DNA of 64,000 bases from Lineus longissimus. Taxonomy: Eukaryota. Shown here one piece after another: positions 1 to 12,927 of this stretch (position 1 is the stretch's first letter; every line of letters starts with the position of its first letter). The notes under the pieces were generated by a model, which was given only the letters and a program-made list of their open reading frames with translations, had not been told where the DNA came from and made no database searches. The position numbers were made by a program, and so were the translations under genes. The stretch is from the NCBI RefSeq assembly GCF_910592395.1, contig NC_088313.1, forward strand, positions 17,766,500 through 17,830,499. The letters run 5' to 3'.

Positions 1-306
1 CGGGACATCCATCACAAAGCACACAACCTGTATCACTGAAATAGGAACAGGTCGTACGATCAAGAACTGCAGAGAAGACTGAATAAAGAAGAATAAACTG
101 CACAACAATACGGCGTGGCCAGGCTCACAGCAGGTGTGCCAAAGACTTGGTCAGAAACCAAAGATTTCAAACACTTTTTGAGCAAATTCTTATAGACCAA
201 ATAGAAAGTGAAAACACTTGATAGTATCTGGTCATTCATAATTCTCCATGTGTTTTGCTTATTAACTGTTGACTTTCTATGCAGGCATATGAAATGAATA
301 ACTTAC

Positions 307-3300
307 TTGCAGACTGTTCCAGGCTGACATGGTAGACAATGTGGACTACCACTCTCAGAGGCATGGTATCCGGGAGCACATGGAGTACACTCCGTACTGT
401 TTGTTAAATTAGAGAACTGACCTGCAATGTAATGGAGCAAAGCTTGAAGGGAAATTTGAGAAAGCCTTGGTCACAGGATTTCCATGTTTGTAATGGAAAA
501 TATGTTTAGCTTTGTTTCGACTGCAGCGATCCTTGGTGTCGAAACCAAAGACACACATTTGTAGTGTTTAACTGTTCACTTAACTTTATCATCACCAATA
601 CAATGTAATTAAAGTGATTACACTGTAACATTATACTGGGCCTGTTATTTATAAAGGGGAACAAATTCGCATCACAGGGAACATTTATTTTCCAGAATTA
701 CTCACCTTGTGGACACAATGAGCACAGACCCCCTCCACGATCCCCTTTGTAAGTGCCATTTCTGCATCCAGTACAATTGGTTCTCCCTTCAGTTCTAAAA
801 TGAAACAACATTTCACTTATTTTTTTCAGTTTTCATATATAATCAGCTTTTCTTCGGATAGCAGCGGGTAAGCTTTACTACACTTCATATAAGTGTTGTA
901 TATTACCAAAAAACATACTACAAATATTACTTTGAATTAATATGTCTTTGATATTACACACATAAGGTCTTTCACTTTCATGCACATAAAGTTACGATGT
1001 AAGCGTACCTTGCCTCAAATCCAGCATCACAGAAATCACAGCTAGACGCTCCAGGGTCCCTTTGAAAAGTACCTATTAATGGAAATAAAGTTTACTTTCA
1101 ACTGGGAGGAGGATACATTTGCAGCTCAACAATTTCGACAAACTTTTCCATTGACAGCGACACACATCTTTTGAGTGTTGAGGTTGCAAAACTCTTCAAA
1201 ATTCACCTTTGATAGCCTTAAATCACAGAATTGCCACTATTAAAGGGAAATTTAAGTCAAGACAGAATTACAAGACATCATACCAAGAGGATGAGTTCCA
1301 AACACCACTGCCTAAATGCTTTTATATAGGTTTCTTGGAGTGCCCTCTGATAATGGACTGAGCAGATAACAGATTACAGAATATGTCATCTTCTATTCTG
1401 AAACAACTGAGGAATATTCTGAATTAGAACCTTACCTATTGGACACTTATGACAATTTATCGTGCCCGAACTATTTGTATAACTACCAGGTGTACATGAG
1501 TCACATTCTGTACAGCCACTTTTACTGCAATAAATAAAAAGGGGTATGATCTTCTTTTCACATACATACATACAACTTCACTTATCATGCTGCTAACTTA
1601 TAAGTGACACAAAATTCACATCACACCAAAACATGTATAATTGTTAATAGGCCATATTCTTGATTTATTAACGCCTTTTAAATGACCTTTCATATCACAC
1701 AAGAATATACCTCCCAAGGTAAACCACTTAAGCCGACTGTCAGAGTATAACATCAGCTGAGTGTACTATAAGAACACATATCACTCATGCCATCTATCAA
1801 CTCAGAGTTACATCACACTGTAGCACACAAATACGTGTTGTTCCTCCCAGTATTGCAGAATTGGTGTCAATACAGTTTTAATATCTTAGTATGGGTTTAC
1901 AAATTTGAAAACGTTTTCATTATTGAAAACTTCTCTCCACTGTATTTAGGCCTCACTGAGCTATTTTCGTGGGCCCAATGATGTTACTCAAAGAACCTCG
2001 AAAAGCTCAGAAACACACCTGTATACTAATTACTCACTTGCAATAATGCCCTTTATTACATTGCTGACACTCAAAAGATCCAGTACTATTCGTAAAATGT
2101 CCTTTTTCACAAGGCTCACAGTCAACACTACCAGTTGCATTAGTAGAAGTCCCTATTTTACATTTTTTGCACTCCCCAAGACCAGGTGCTTCTGCATACT
2201 TCCCTCTATCACAGGCATAGCACCGAGTATTCCCTTGTTGGCCCCTGAAAATATATAAATAATACTGTAATAATTAAAAGTTCTAAGAATGGAGATAGAT
2301 CAGCCACAATATTAGGTAACCAATCTCAAGCATAACCCGGCAAGCCTGGACTTGGATTCCACGACGGAAAAGAAACAGAGGAAGGCCAAAAGAGAAGCTA
2401 CTAATGTCAGTGATGGGATACATAAATTGAAAAGCCGGCAGAGAAAAGAGTTGTGGAAGTGGAGCTTTGTTGATGGCCTATGTGCCACTAGGCACCAACA
2501 AGGCACAAGTAAGTCAGTTCTAATCTTACTTACTTACTTTGAAGTTAGCTTAAAAGCCCTTCGCTCCTCTGAGAGCATTGGCCACTAACAACTTTCCCCC
2601 ATTGAGTTCTAATCTTACAGTTATCATTTTTTTACTATCTTCGATCATGTTTGCAAAATAAAAAACCTGCTCTATAAATAGTAGGCCTTGTGTCCTTGTA
2701 GATAAAAACAAAAATCAGAAATATCTTCAGATTGTTGTTCGACCTAGTTAAAGTTCAGCGGGTCATGGTGTTCTTGATGATAACTCGTGAATTGCCACTT
2801 CATTTTCTTTCAGAAGTTTCAAGAAACAATTCATACCCCTGTCTTCGGAGACAAGTGAGACAAGGGTGTTGGTATACTCAGGCCATGTTCAGACTGACCC
2901 TGCCAGCAAAAAATATGTTTTAAATTGGTTTGAGCTGTCCCCCAGATTACATGTGTATCATGTAGCATGAAACTTACTTGGTAGAATGCCCCAGATCACA
3001 AGGATCGCAGTTCTCTTTTCCTGGATCTGGTTGAAAATAACCCACTGGACAATACTGGCAGCTCTGTAGCTCAATACAGTTTCCAGGTTTACAACAAATA
3101 CATGCTTGGATACCTAGAAGAAGAAAGACATGCACCGTGAGAAGTGTGAAACATAAGTCATAAGCATACTTTCATTCGAAAATGACATGAGATTTAACTT
3201 TCAAGAATGTGCAGAACTTGTGAATGAGACACATTTTATCTTTGCTGATACCATTAATTTTAATCATAGTTGAACAATTTTTTACAGAATTTGCAGTTGA

Positions 3301-3473
3301 CAGAAGAATTTAAGAGCATTTAAAGAGTATAGACTGGACTCCATACTCACTATGATTTGCATAAGTTCCTGCTGAACACTCCGTGCAGGCAGCAATGATA
3401 GTTTTATTCTCACAGTTGATTCCAAAGGCTATTGAAAGGGAACACAGCAAGATAAAAAAAAGAAGGACCAAGT
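307..3473 (-). CDS. Partial gene. It encodes a secreted or membrane protein made of tandem ephrin-receptor-like (TNFR / GCC2_GCC3 type) cysteine-rich repeats, with a signal-peptide-like stretch in the most 5' exon seen. It continues 3' beyond the window start.
   Basis: Minus-strand exons with a consistent reading frame and GT-AG (gtaagt/gtgagt) boundaries: 3473..3351 (hydrophobic DLVLLFFILLCSLSIA, then FGINCENKT; the 5' boundary is uncertain), 3113..2978, 2244..2038, 1524..1436, 1072..1009, 794..706 and 421..307. Each exon encodes one repeat of the form C-x2-C-x-x-G-x-Y/F...G...C-x2-C-P-x-G, for example CYACDRGKYAEAPGLGECKKCKIG, CDSCTPGSYTNSSGTINCHKCPIG and CTPCAPGYHASESGSPHCLPCQPG. Exon phases are mutually compatible. 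The start Met was not found; it lies upstream of 3476. Confidence 0.55.
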
Positions 3474-4227
3474 CTGCAATGAAATGAAAAGAATAACATT
3501 ATCAAGATGTCAATGCGGATAACAACCTATTTTCACCTTGCCTCTTTGCATATACATTTCACAGAGCTTCCATCCGAGGCTTACGGTAGCTTGCTTACAG
3601 CTTATGTGGGCAATGTTGATTCAGTGACAAGTCTTCTCCAGCAAGTCACTGTAAGTTCAACAGGACATGCACAGGGAGACATCATGTTACTACTCATGGT
3701 TGCGATGATAAGCCAAAGAAATGGAAGACACAAGCTGCATGGGCCTGCACACCCATGCCCATGGCCAGGTCCCCATAGGTGATATGGTGCGGTTGGTGTT
3801 TCATTGATGAACTGATGAATGGACCCATGGCCCGGCAAGGGAATGGGCCCAGGTGGGTTGATCACAACTCCCAGTCCTGGGAAGGCTGGGGTCAGGAAAA
3901 TGAAACGTCTAAACTCAACTGTCAAAAACCCAACACAGATGATGATTGATGGCATGATGCCATATACAGCCACAGGCCTACACTAATAATACAGTACATG
4001 CCATCGACCAAATTGAAGAATACAAACCTCCTGCCCTTTGGTGTGACGAGGGAAAACTCCAATAGGACATGTTGAATAGTTCTTTAAATATAATCACAAT
4101 TTAACAACTACTTCTCAGACTCTCAATCGTTACTGTCGCAGGGTCATCCGCCATCTTAATCGTTTATCACATGACCGCAAATTTTCGATTTGGGCTATCT
4201 TCGTTGAAGTACCACAATTTTATTTTT

Positions 4228-4502
4228 AGATCGTCTTTGGTACTTTACTTTGAGCGCACTTTTTGAAGTAGCTGAACGTGAAAAAATTGTTTTTACTTCT
4301 GGCGTGACACAAATTTCATCAAAAGTCAGGGTGTTGTGTGGTAACCGTAAAGTTCTTACTGTACTCCTCGAAATCTTAAGTATTTAAGGGTAAGAAATAA
4401 CCGTTTTTTACTTAGAATATGTGTTGCAGGTTCTGTAATCTTCGTTTTCTTTATGGGCTAAACTTAATTATAGCAATCAATAATGATAGCAATGCTTATG
4501 CT
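4228..4502. repeat. Dispersed repeat, segment 'Y', copy A. It is about 90% identical to 6437..6740.
   Basis: Direct alignment by eye of 4228-4502 against 6437-6740. Shared strings include ggtactttactttgagcgcactttttgaagtagctgaacgtgaaaaaattg, tcatcaaaagtcagggtgttgtgtgg, ctcctcgaaatcttaagtatttaagggtaagaaata and gtgttgcaggttctgtaatcttcgttttctttatgg, with small indels. Confidence 0.7.
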
Positions 4503-4532
4503 GGGGTCATCCTATTTTGGGTATCAGGCTGT

Positions 4533-5307
4533 TTCGCTACATTGCCAGTTCGCTACAAGTCGTTTCGCTACATGTGGCGGTCGTTTCGCTACATGGTAGG
4601 TCGTTTCGCTACATGGGTGGAGTCGTTTCGCTACATGATGGGTATGGTCGTTTCGCTACATGGAGGACGTTTCGCTACATGGGTGGAGTCGTTTCGCTAC
4701 ATGGGTGGAGTCGTTTCGCTACATGGATGTAGGTCGTTTCGCTACATGAATGTAGTCATTATTTTTACTCTATTTTACCCCACTATAATTCCCGGTGGTG
4801 ACTACAAATTTATTATAGCACAGTTTGCCGGTAAAAAAACTTATACGGTTTGATGGCGTGCAAGGGGTTCTTGTCGTCCTGGCCTGGGGCCGGGCGTTTT
4901 TCGTAGGGGCGGGCGGGGACGATCACCAACTCTTTTTTTTATGTGGCCTAACCCAGGCCAGGACGACAAGAACCCCTTGCGCGCCATCAAACCGTATAAG
5001 TTTTTTTACCGGCAAACTGTGCTATAATAAATTTGTAGTCACCACCGGGAATTATAGTAGGGTAAAATAGAGTAAAAATAATGACTACATCCATGTAGCG
5101 AAACGACCTACATCCATGTAGCGAAACGACTCCACCCATGTAGCGAAACGACTCCACCCATGTAGCGAAACGTCCTCCATGTAGCGAAACGACCATACCC
5201 ATCATGTAGCGAAACGACTCCACCCATGTAGCGAAACGACCTACCATGTAGCGAAACGACCGCCACATGTAGCGAAACGACTTGTAGCGAACTGGCAATG
5301 TAGCGAA
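4533..5307. mobile_element. Foldback (hairpin) element: near-perfect inverted repeat arms of about 370 bp around a central loop of about 40-60 bp. Each arm is built of 16-22 bp tandem subrepeats with consensus GTCGTTTCGCTACATGG(GTGGA).
   Basis: The plus ORF 4419..4853 and the minus ORF 4987..5355 translate to an identical peptide (FATLPVRYKSFRYMWRSFRYMVGRFATWVESFRYM...TYTV), which only arises if the arms are reverse complements. The spacer is itself palindromic: caaggggttcttgtcgtcctggcctgg ... ccaggccaggacgacaagaaccccttg. The unit gtcgtttcgctacatg occurs about 10 times per arm. Confidence 0.8.
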
Positions 5308-5499
5308 ACGACAGTAATTCCTATTTTGCGTCCAGTGGCGACCAGTGGCGTCCAACGCGAAATAATGAGGTGTATATGGTTAAAAATGTTTTCAAGCTCC
5401 TAAAACACTTTCAATAAACAAGATTTAGAAGTTTGGTGGAGTTTGCAAACCTAGTTTTTTTAATAATCATCACCAGAAAACGATCTTAGTATGCGTCCA

Positions 5500-5665
5500 G
5501 CAAAAGTACTGGACGGGTAGGTGTAAACTGTGGACGAAAGTGTGGACAGCGGCCCTCTAAGTTTGGTGGGCTGGCATTTCTTTGTCTTTCAATATATTCA
5601 AAAGAAATTGCAGTATTTTATGCATTATAATCTTTTTAATGGGTCAGCGAAAGAAAAAAAGAATA
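5500..5665. repeat. Dispersed repeat, segment 'X', in inverted orientation relative to copy B at 6281..6440.
   Basis: The reverse complement of 5510-5665 matches 6281-6436, e.g. ctttcgctgacccattaaaaagattata, ctgcaatttcttttaaatatattgaaagacaaagaaatg, cagcccaccaaactttgagggccgctgtccacactttcgtccacagtttacacctaccc. Confidence 0.7.
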
Positions 5666-6280
5666 AATATTTTAATCTGTTTTACGGTATGAGACTATGA
5701 CTTGTCTCAGTGAAACTGACTAGTAAGTAGTATCAAATTATTGAAGAATAAAAACAAAAAGTTGACCCTGGGATGGCGTGGGTTAATACCAAGGTAATCA
5801 AGAAAAATATTGATTTGAATTATAGACTAGTATTCAATCTTTCATAAAATATTGATTTCAGTTCTATGGTCCCCATTGTATTTTCAGGAGGGCAGCACCA
5901 GTAAGGGCTTCATTTCTGGAGACAAGCTGCTTGGAAAGTGAGAATCTGAGAACTGTTTTACAAAAATAGGATTTTCTCTAGATTTTCGTGGTGAACCCTA
6001 TGCGCCATTGCAGTGAGGGATGTCCCAGACCTTGGATATTAACCCCTTGTGGCGGTTTGTTAAAAAACACGGTTTCCTATTTTTGGCAGATTTTTAAGTT
6101 TAATAGAAAATGCATTGCAAATAATCACCGGTGTTGTCCCAGTAACCTTTCAACAGGGCTGCAGTGGTACCGCCATCTTGGATCAACGAAAGTTAGTCTG
6201 AGAGAGGGCCAACTATTTTGCCTACAACTGAATGATATTGTCATTGTCACCCAAAATCACCCATCAAAATAATTTTTGTC

Positions 6281-6740
6281 TTTTTTTCTTTCGCTGACCC
6301 ATTAAAAAGATTATAGTGCATAATATACTGCAATTTCTTTTAAATATATTGAAAGACAAAGAAATGACAGCCCACCAAACTTTGAGGGCCGCTGTCCACA
6401 CTTTCGTCCACACTTTCGTCCACAGTTTACACCTACCCCTTTGGTACTTTAATTTGAGCGCACTTTTTGAAGTAGCTGAACGTGAAAAAATTGTTTTAGT
6501 TCTGGCGTCACACATTTTTCTCCCCAAATTTCATCAAAAGTCAGGGTGTTGTGTGGTTACAGTAAAGTTCTGACTGTACTCCTCGAAATCTTAAGTATTT
6601 AAGGGTAAGAAATAAACGTTTTTTACTTAGAATATGTGTTGCAGGTTCTGTAATCTTCGTTTTCTTTATGGCATGTATAGGCTACACTTAATTATAGCAA
6701 TGAATGAATGATGTCATTGATGATAGCAATGCTTATGCTG
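6281..6740. repeat. Dispersed repeat copy B: contiguous X + Y unit of the same family as 4228..4502 and 5500..5665.
   Basis: See the two preceding entries. X (6281-6436) runs directly into Y (6437-6740), whereas in the 4.2-5.7 kb region Y and X are separated by the foldback element and X is inverted. Confidence 0.7.
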
Positions 6741-8465
6741 TATTGTATGTTGTAACCTAGTGTCCACAGGTATGTCAATGATGTTGATTGGGAGAGGAAA
6801 AAAACGATTTATGCCCTGCCTAGCATGAAAGCAATGCAGTTGTGTATCTAGCTTTCTGTGAGTAACTAAAAATGTCACAGCATGACTGCCATGAGCTCTT
6901 CCCATGCCGGGAATCAGACCCTCTTCCCAACATACGACAGATCATCTGATTATCCATGATTTATGTCATTTGCTGGCACTGTTAGCAGTGGTTGAACACA
7001 GCTCGCTGGGCCAATTTCTTGTACTTGAGGTGAAAATGCAGCGACTCCATTCTGCCAATCTATAAGACACACCATCTCGTCCAAAATCTACAAAATGGTA
7101 AAAGCAGTATTGGGAGGACATTGTCTGCATGTCCTCCGAACAATATCTTGTCTGATTTTTGGTGTTTGAAAGAGTTCTGGTGTTCCTTTAGATTGGGTAA
7201 ATGAAGTCACTATAGTTTCACCTCAAATGCAGACATTATGACAGTCCTTTCTCACATATACACCTTCCAGTCTGCTTCCTCTTCCACTCCACAGTTCCAT
7301 CTCACTTGCCTCGTCTTGTTCCAGCTGCCCTTTGGCATTAAGAATGCTAGGACTTGGAGACTTTTCTAAGGAACCCAGAAATTGATCTCTGCAGTTTCGA
7401 TGGAAGACATCTATGTACAGTTAAATGAACGCTTAAAAAGAAAATTTAAAACAAAATAACGCTGTTACATCTCAAGAAATCTTTATTCTTTGTTCGGCAA
7501 AATGTTTTGTTAGTTCCTTTTATCAATACAATACAATTTTTGTGCAGGTGTTGCCGGAAAATGCTAGTTGAACTGAGTGAGTAGGTCTGCCTTCATATCC
7601 AATGTTTTTATCATAAACTTGACATGATGAACAATTGAACTTTTGAATGTATCGTGGACATGAAGACACATGCTCAAGTGCCTTGACACACACACACCTG
7701 ACAGATAGTCAAGTTCCACTCCAGAGCTGAAAGTTCAGTTGTCGAGTGCCAATTTCATTTAGTTCAACGTTAGCACATTTATATGGGATTGAAATAGTGT
7801 AACAACATTTGCATTTGTGAAGGGTTTCATTGAGATCCAAATTATTCTAAAGGTTACTGAATTTCTTTACTACTGCCTTTGTGGAAAAAAAATACACTTT
7901 TAGTAATATTTGCTGTCACTCGACATGCTCCATTGTTGGTTAAAAAAATTCTATGGCTTGAGAAGCACCATCTGGGAATACAAGCCTTTCCCATTTTTTG
8001 GTCAAATTCTGAAGAAGTTTTCAGTTTTGCTATTTTTATTTTTGCAAATCATAGTTACTTGCTAAATCTGCAAATTTAAATTCCCATGAAAATTTCCAAG
8101 TTTTTATAGTATTTGCTCCACTGGAGTGGATAGTTAAAGTGTGTTCATGGAGCCACGCCAGATGTAGGCCAATTGTGACAATTGGGCAGAAACACACGCA
8201 CATCATCTATTATAAGAAAATAATGGTAGTCAACCGTTGTTCCCTCTGAATCGTCACATGAAATATACCGTCATATTCACTAAAAGCAGGTTGTTTGTGT
8301 AATGTCATGCTATTGAGTTTTGAATGGTGACCCATTGAGCCTTTGCAACCCATAGGGAGTGTCTGCATTAAAAATAGCTTTGCAAGGATAAGATCTTCCC
8401 TGGTAAGAGTTTCCATGGCTTAATATCCCAAATTTGCTAGAATTGATGACTCCACTATGGCAACT

Positions 8466-8798
8466 TCATGTTCTCTCCACATCCTGGTCTTTTATCAAAC
8501 TTCCTTTTATTTCACTGGCTTCCTGCACAAATGCACAACAAGGACAACAAGTGTGCATTATGATATCGCCAACGAAGCTCCCGCCGATTCCCTTCATTTC
8601 CCGAATTCTCTGTCGCGTCATTGCTGGGAATACTATGTTGGCAATAGGCACCCACATAACCAGGCCGCATAAGAGACAGTTCTCTCCGACAGCCTCTGCG
8701 TTTTTCCCAGCTGTGTAGCATGGCACAATAAAAGTCATGAGGCAGAGACTGCAATTGGAGAAACATCCGAATAATCCTTGGCCCCACTCTGCAGACAT
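8466..8798 (-). CDS. PLAC8 / cornifelin / cell-number-regulator family protein (Cys-rich, DUF614-like). Single exon, 110 aa.
   Basis: ORF 8466..8798 (-): MSAEWGQGLFGCFSNCSLCLMTFIVPCYTAGKNAEAVGENCLLCGL...RQRIREMKGIGGSFVGDIIMHTCCPCCAFVQEASEIKG. This has the PLAC8 signatures: W..GLF.CF.(D/N)C..C....F.PC, GE.C, an R..IRE.. segment, and a C-terminal CCPCCA(L/F).QE motif. Confidence 0.5.
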   Translation of the reverse strand: MSAEWGQGLFGCFSNCSLCLMTFIVPCYTAGKNAEAVGENCLLCGLVMWVPIANIVFPAMTRQRIREMKGIGGSFVGDIIMHTCCPCCAFVQEASEIKGSLIKDQDVERT

Positions 8799-10440
8799 CT
8801 TGTTGCTTTATTCGTTTTAAATCTATCGAAAGAATTAAAGTCTCTACTCCCGAAATGGCAAAAGACCAATTTTTTCTGCTGACAAGCACAGATCACCAGA
8901 CACCAGTAATCCCTGGAGTTAATTGATTTCAGTTTCTATAGATCATCCAATATTCCTTTGGCTTATTCACTGGAGTAATGAATTATTCCTAGACATCAGT
9001 TACACACAGAATCTCTTGATGCAACAGGGCAGTGGTACTCCTGAATCCACAGCTAACAGATCACACCACCTGTTCAGATATTGTCTGCCTAAATTGAGGT
9101 CAGCTGCAGGTGTCTCTTACTCCTAGTCCTAGAGCCTGTGTCATATCATAAACCTGAACACATCTGTTCCCATATCACAGTTATTGTTCATCTGTTCACA
9201 CTCGGAATACAATTCAATTTCAAGTAATCTGCTTTAAAAACACCATCTACTACTCCCAGCACCTGCTAGTTCTACAGCTTGTTGCAACTCTACACAGACT
9301 CGGCGGATAGGCAGAGATAGCAACGGCCACTCCTCTTGCTATTGCAGTAAGACAATGACCAGCGCAACGTTGGGCAAATTGGTATTTTACTGTCGGGTCA
9401 ATTATAGCTCACATGGTGTATCCAGTCACAAAGCTTTTTAGCTTCGCAGTGGAATTGTATGACTATCGCTTTGTAATTCTTGACTGTACTATCTCTGGAG
9501 GTTAGCTCGCTATGATGGGTTTCACAGTAAATAATGACTGAGTCTTGCAATTGGTTTCTTCCTATCCTTCGTTCAGCAATCGATCCAACTGTCGTGTTGC
9601 TATATTGTACTTCGTTGGCCTCAAGTTTATATTGAATGAATACAAAAATCCATATCCAACTCCTGGCTGTGATACGACTGCAGGCTTTGATGAATGTGAT
9701 ATCGGTGTTTTATGTTCGTGACACTGAATGATGAGAAAACCAGTCTCTCTCTATTCCACTGTTTGGTCTCTGCGAGCTACGCGTACTCCTAATCCAAGTC
9801 TTTGAGCTTCTAAACACAGTGTTTCACCTTGCTAAGTCCAGTATCGATTGGAGTCAAATTGCAATCTTATCACTGTTTCCTTTGCTAATTGTGTTGAAAG
9901 TATCTGTCTATCCAAATTGGTCAGGCAGTATCCACAACTACAGCTTTCCCAGGTAGCCTCTTAGAATTTTATACCATCTACCTTTTTAAACGGTGAGGGA
10001 ATAAGATACTAAGATACACTTATGGCCAAGCCGACCACTCTTCAATCCTATCCTACCCAACATACACATCAAACAACTGATGTGCACTGGTTCAGGATTT
10101 CAGCCAAGCCAGGGACCAACCAATATCAACCATGGGGAGAGATGGAAATGCCAGCACTGCTTGCCATGATGAAAATCAATATTTCGCTGCAGAGTCTGGG
10201 AATTGTTGCCAATGTGGATGGATGGCATTGGATGATGAGTCATCACATCTGAGATCTGTCTTCTCTGGCAGAATACTCGAGGGTTTCAATTAGATTTTTG
10301 CTTGGTAGTGAGATTGTCACAGTTTATAGCAATGTTGACATATTGGCTCGTTAAAGTCCTGGAAAGTAACAAGGTTCTTGCTTGGCGCAGTATGAGAGGA
10401 ACACATTTTCACTCCAAGAGTACTGAAAATACAATAAATG

Positions 10441-10478
10441 AGTGAGTGAGTGAGTGAGTGAATGAGTGAGTGAGTGGT
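10441..10478. repeat. Microsatellite (TGAG)n, about 9 units with one interruption.
   Basis: gagtgagtgagtgagtgagtgaatgagtgagtgagtgg read directly. Confidence 0.9.
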
Positions 10479-11243
10479 ACAAGTAATCACACCGACTGAA
10501 CATATCTAGTTGAAGAGTACTTCTGAGTCATCCTCTTCACATTGAAGATTTGACGCAATACTAAACACTGTCTAATTAGACATGTAAATTGTAATTGTCA
10601 CACCAGCCTCTTATTTGGGATCCTTGAATGAGGATATAATGACAAATTTAGTCATTGTCATCTACTTGTGAACCAGTTACTGTGCAAATATCGTAGTCGG
10701 TGTCAATGCAGACCTATCCAGCGTTTTCAAATCTTTCTAATCAATGGCTTTATAAAATTGATATTTGAAACAATCTTACACAACAATTTTCAATTCTAAT
10801 GGCTTTGATTGTTAGACCTGCTAGGTCATCAGTAATTGAATTGTTTTGTGTACCAGCCAAAAATATAGAAGTACAATCAATATTCAATTGTGTTGGACTG
10901 TCCTGATAAAAAAATATCAACATTATTAAAACAAGTTACAAATATGTGTCCCCATAAGTAATCCAATATTAGGTCGAAACAACAAAGCTGACTGTCATGT
11001 GCCTGAAAGCAACAACTGACTGTCCTCGATCCCAAATCCCAGCATTCAGCAACAACTTGTGACCCATTCCAACCTCCTAGAATATACCATTCCACTCTCC
11101 GATTGGATCTAAATTAGAATGCCCTAGATCTATCCCCATCAATTTCACATCAAATGAAGCCTGTAGTATAATCCTCTATGTCAACTGTCTTTTCAGAGTT
11201 GCATTTCCATGGCAACGAGAAAGTGTACTTCCTGTTTATCATT

Positions 11244-12927
11244 ATGATAATCTCTGAGTGGTGGCAGGATCCGTTATCAGACGACATCTACGCGACGTTA
11301 AAGCACAAAGAGGAAGAGATACCTCGGTATCTCGCCCAGTCGCCACAACTTCATCAGAGGCGATATCTCGTTGATTGGGCGGCAGAGATTTGCGACCAGT
11401 TTTCATTATGCTACACGACACGCCACCTAGCGATTCATCTGCTGGACTTCTTCATGGACAACTTCTTCATCGACCTGGATAGGATCTTCTTGGTTGTGTT
11501 GGGTTGCATTCTCGTGGCCAGTAAGTAAATTTGTACATTATTAGTTGAAAGGGGAATGCAATTTCCACTTGATATCAGTGGTATACCCTAAGGCTAAGTT
11601 GTGATAAAACACATTTGTAGGACACCAGTTTTTTAGGCCTCAAGTGCTTTAAGTTAAGGAGATCTTCTGTAATTTAAATTGAGAAACTTGCTGTTCAGCG
11701 ATCTGTGTTTTTCTAAGGAAGTGCGTTTTACTCTTTGGTGCATCAGAAAATGCAAATGAAAATTCAAAGCTTTTTTTTACTCCAGGCAAATATGAAGAAA
11801 AAGAAGTGGACATTCCGCGGTGGCCCCAACTCAACAACTATATCCACAACAGCACTTTTACCGGGCTGGAATTTGTCCAAATGGAGATCACGCTATTGAC
11901 GTTTTTCAAGTGGCAAGTAGGGATTCCCACCGCTGCCCACTTTACGGACTACTTCTTAATGATATCTCTCAAGGCGATTATGGTGCACTGTGAGAGTCCA
12001 AACTGGGTGAACCAGATCCAATACTTCATGGCCAAATATATCGATTACTTTTTGGAGATATCATTACAAGGTAAGTTGGAATGATATGAAAAGTGTCACG
12101 TGTTCTATATCACATCATTGGGAAGGACATGTCAGAAGGAAGCCATACTGTAGTCTGTACAGAGCCAAATTTTTTATGATGTTACTTTCAAAATGATTGC
12201 ACCCTTGTTTGTTTACACTCATACCTGCCAGTGTAACTTGAAGCTGACTTGTCGATCTTGCTAGGGAAAGTGTAATGGCGCATGACAGGCTACTTCTTCT
12301 TGACAGACCAAACCTACAGAAAGTACCGTCCGTCCCTTGTGGCTGCAGCCAGTATCACAGCATCAAGAATCTGCCTCAATATTCCACCATCTTGGCCAAA
12401 AGAGATGGAACAAGCCTCAGGTTATTTATGGGAAGAAATTGAAGATCCTGTTTGCCGTATGCTCGAGTAAGTCGGATGTCTTCCACCATATGGAAAAATT
12501 GTTGTTGTCTCTAGAGCAGCGCCTTCAGAGTATTTCAAGACAAAATAGAATGAATCGGTTAGAAGGATATGAATAATGATTAAGAGAGTCCTCTATTTGC
12601 TATGATGACTCATCAGGATGTTGCCTGGTCATGCAGTTGTTGGTTCATCCAAGCCTGGTCTCTACTGTACAATGAAGAATGATGCTGAATCTAACACCAC
12701 CAAGTCCACAAATGTTGCATGTAGTCACCTGTAGATGACCAATTTGACACCGTCTGGCCCCTGCTTCTAGCTCCCCCCCCTTCAAACCTGATTATGTTTA
12801 TGTTATTTAATTTCTCTCTGACAGGTCTCAAAAAGTCGACCGAAACAAAGACGAAACGCAGAAGTCGACTCCTCCACCGACAAAAATGCCTCTCAAGGCC
12901 CCAGACTCTGGTTATCGATCGACCTAA
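11244..12927 (+). CDS. CCNJ: Cyclin J (cyclin box fold). Three well-supported coding exons plus one putative terminal exon.
   Basis: Exons 11244..11520, 11786..12070 and 12307..12466 (phases 1, 1, 2; donors gtaagt, gtaagt, gtaagt). The product MIISEWWQDPLSDDIYATLKHKEEEIPRYLAQSPQLHQRRYLVDWAAEICDQFSLCYTTRHLAIHLLDFFMD...LVASKYEEKEVDIPRWPQLN...LLTFFKWQVGIPTAAHFTDYFL...[36 protein letters not shown] matches human cyclin J (QSPQLSLRRYFADL...RHLAVYLLDLFMD...LLASKFEEKED...PTAAHF.EYYL...MAKYADYFLEVSLQD...APSLVAAAC). The putative last exon 12825..12927 (acceptor tttctctctgacag; ESQKVDRNKDETQKSTPPPTKMPLKAPDSGYRST*) is speculative. Confidence 0.7.

Noticed and set aside
3602-3973. 123-aa minus ORF (Pro/Gly/His-rich) upstream of the ephrin-receptor-like exons
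   Set aside because: Low-complexity composition and no homology recognised. It could harbour the missing first (Met) exon of the Cys-rich repeat gene but cannot be supported from the sequence alone.
4419-5355. ORFs of 144 aa and 122 aa (4419..4853 plus, 4987..5355 minus) with an identical peptide
   Set aside because: They are translations of the two arms of an inverted repeat made of short tandem subrepeats. The repetitive FRYM/GRFATW peptide is an artefact of repeat periodicity, not a gene.
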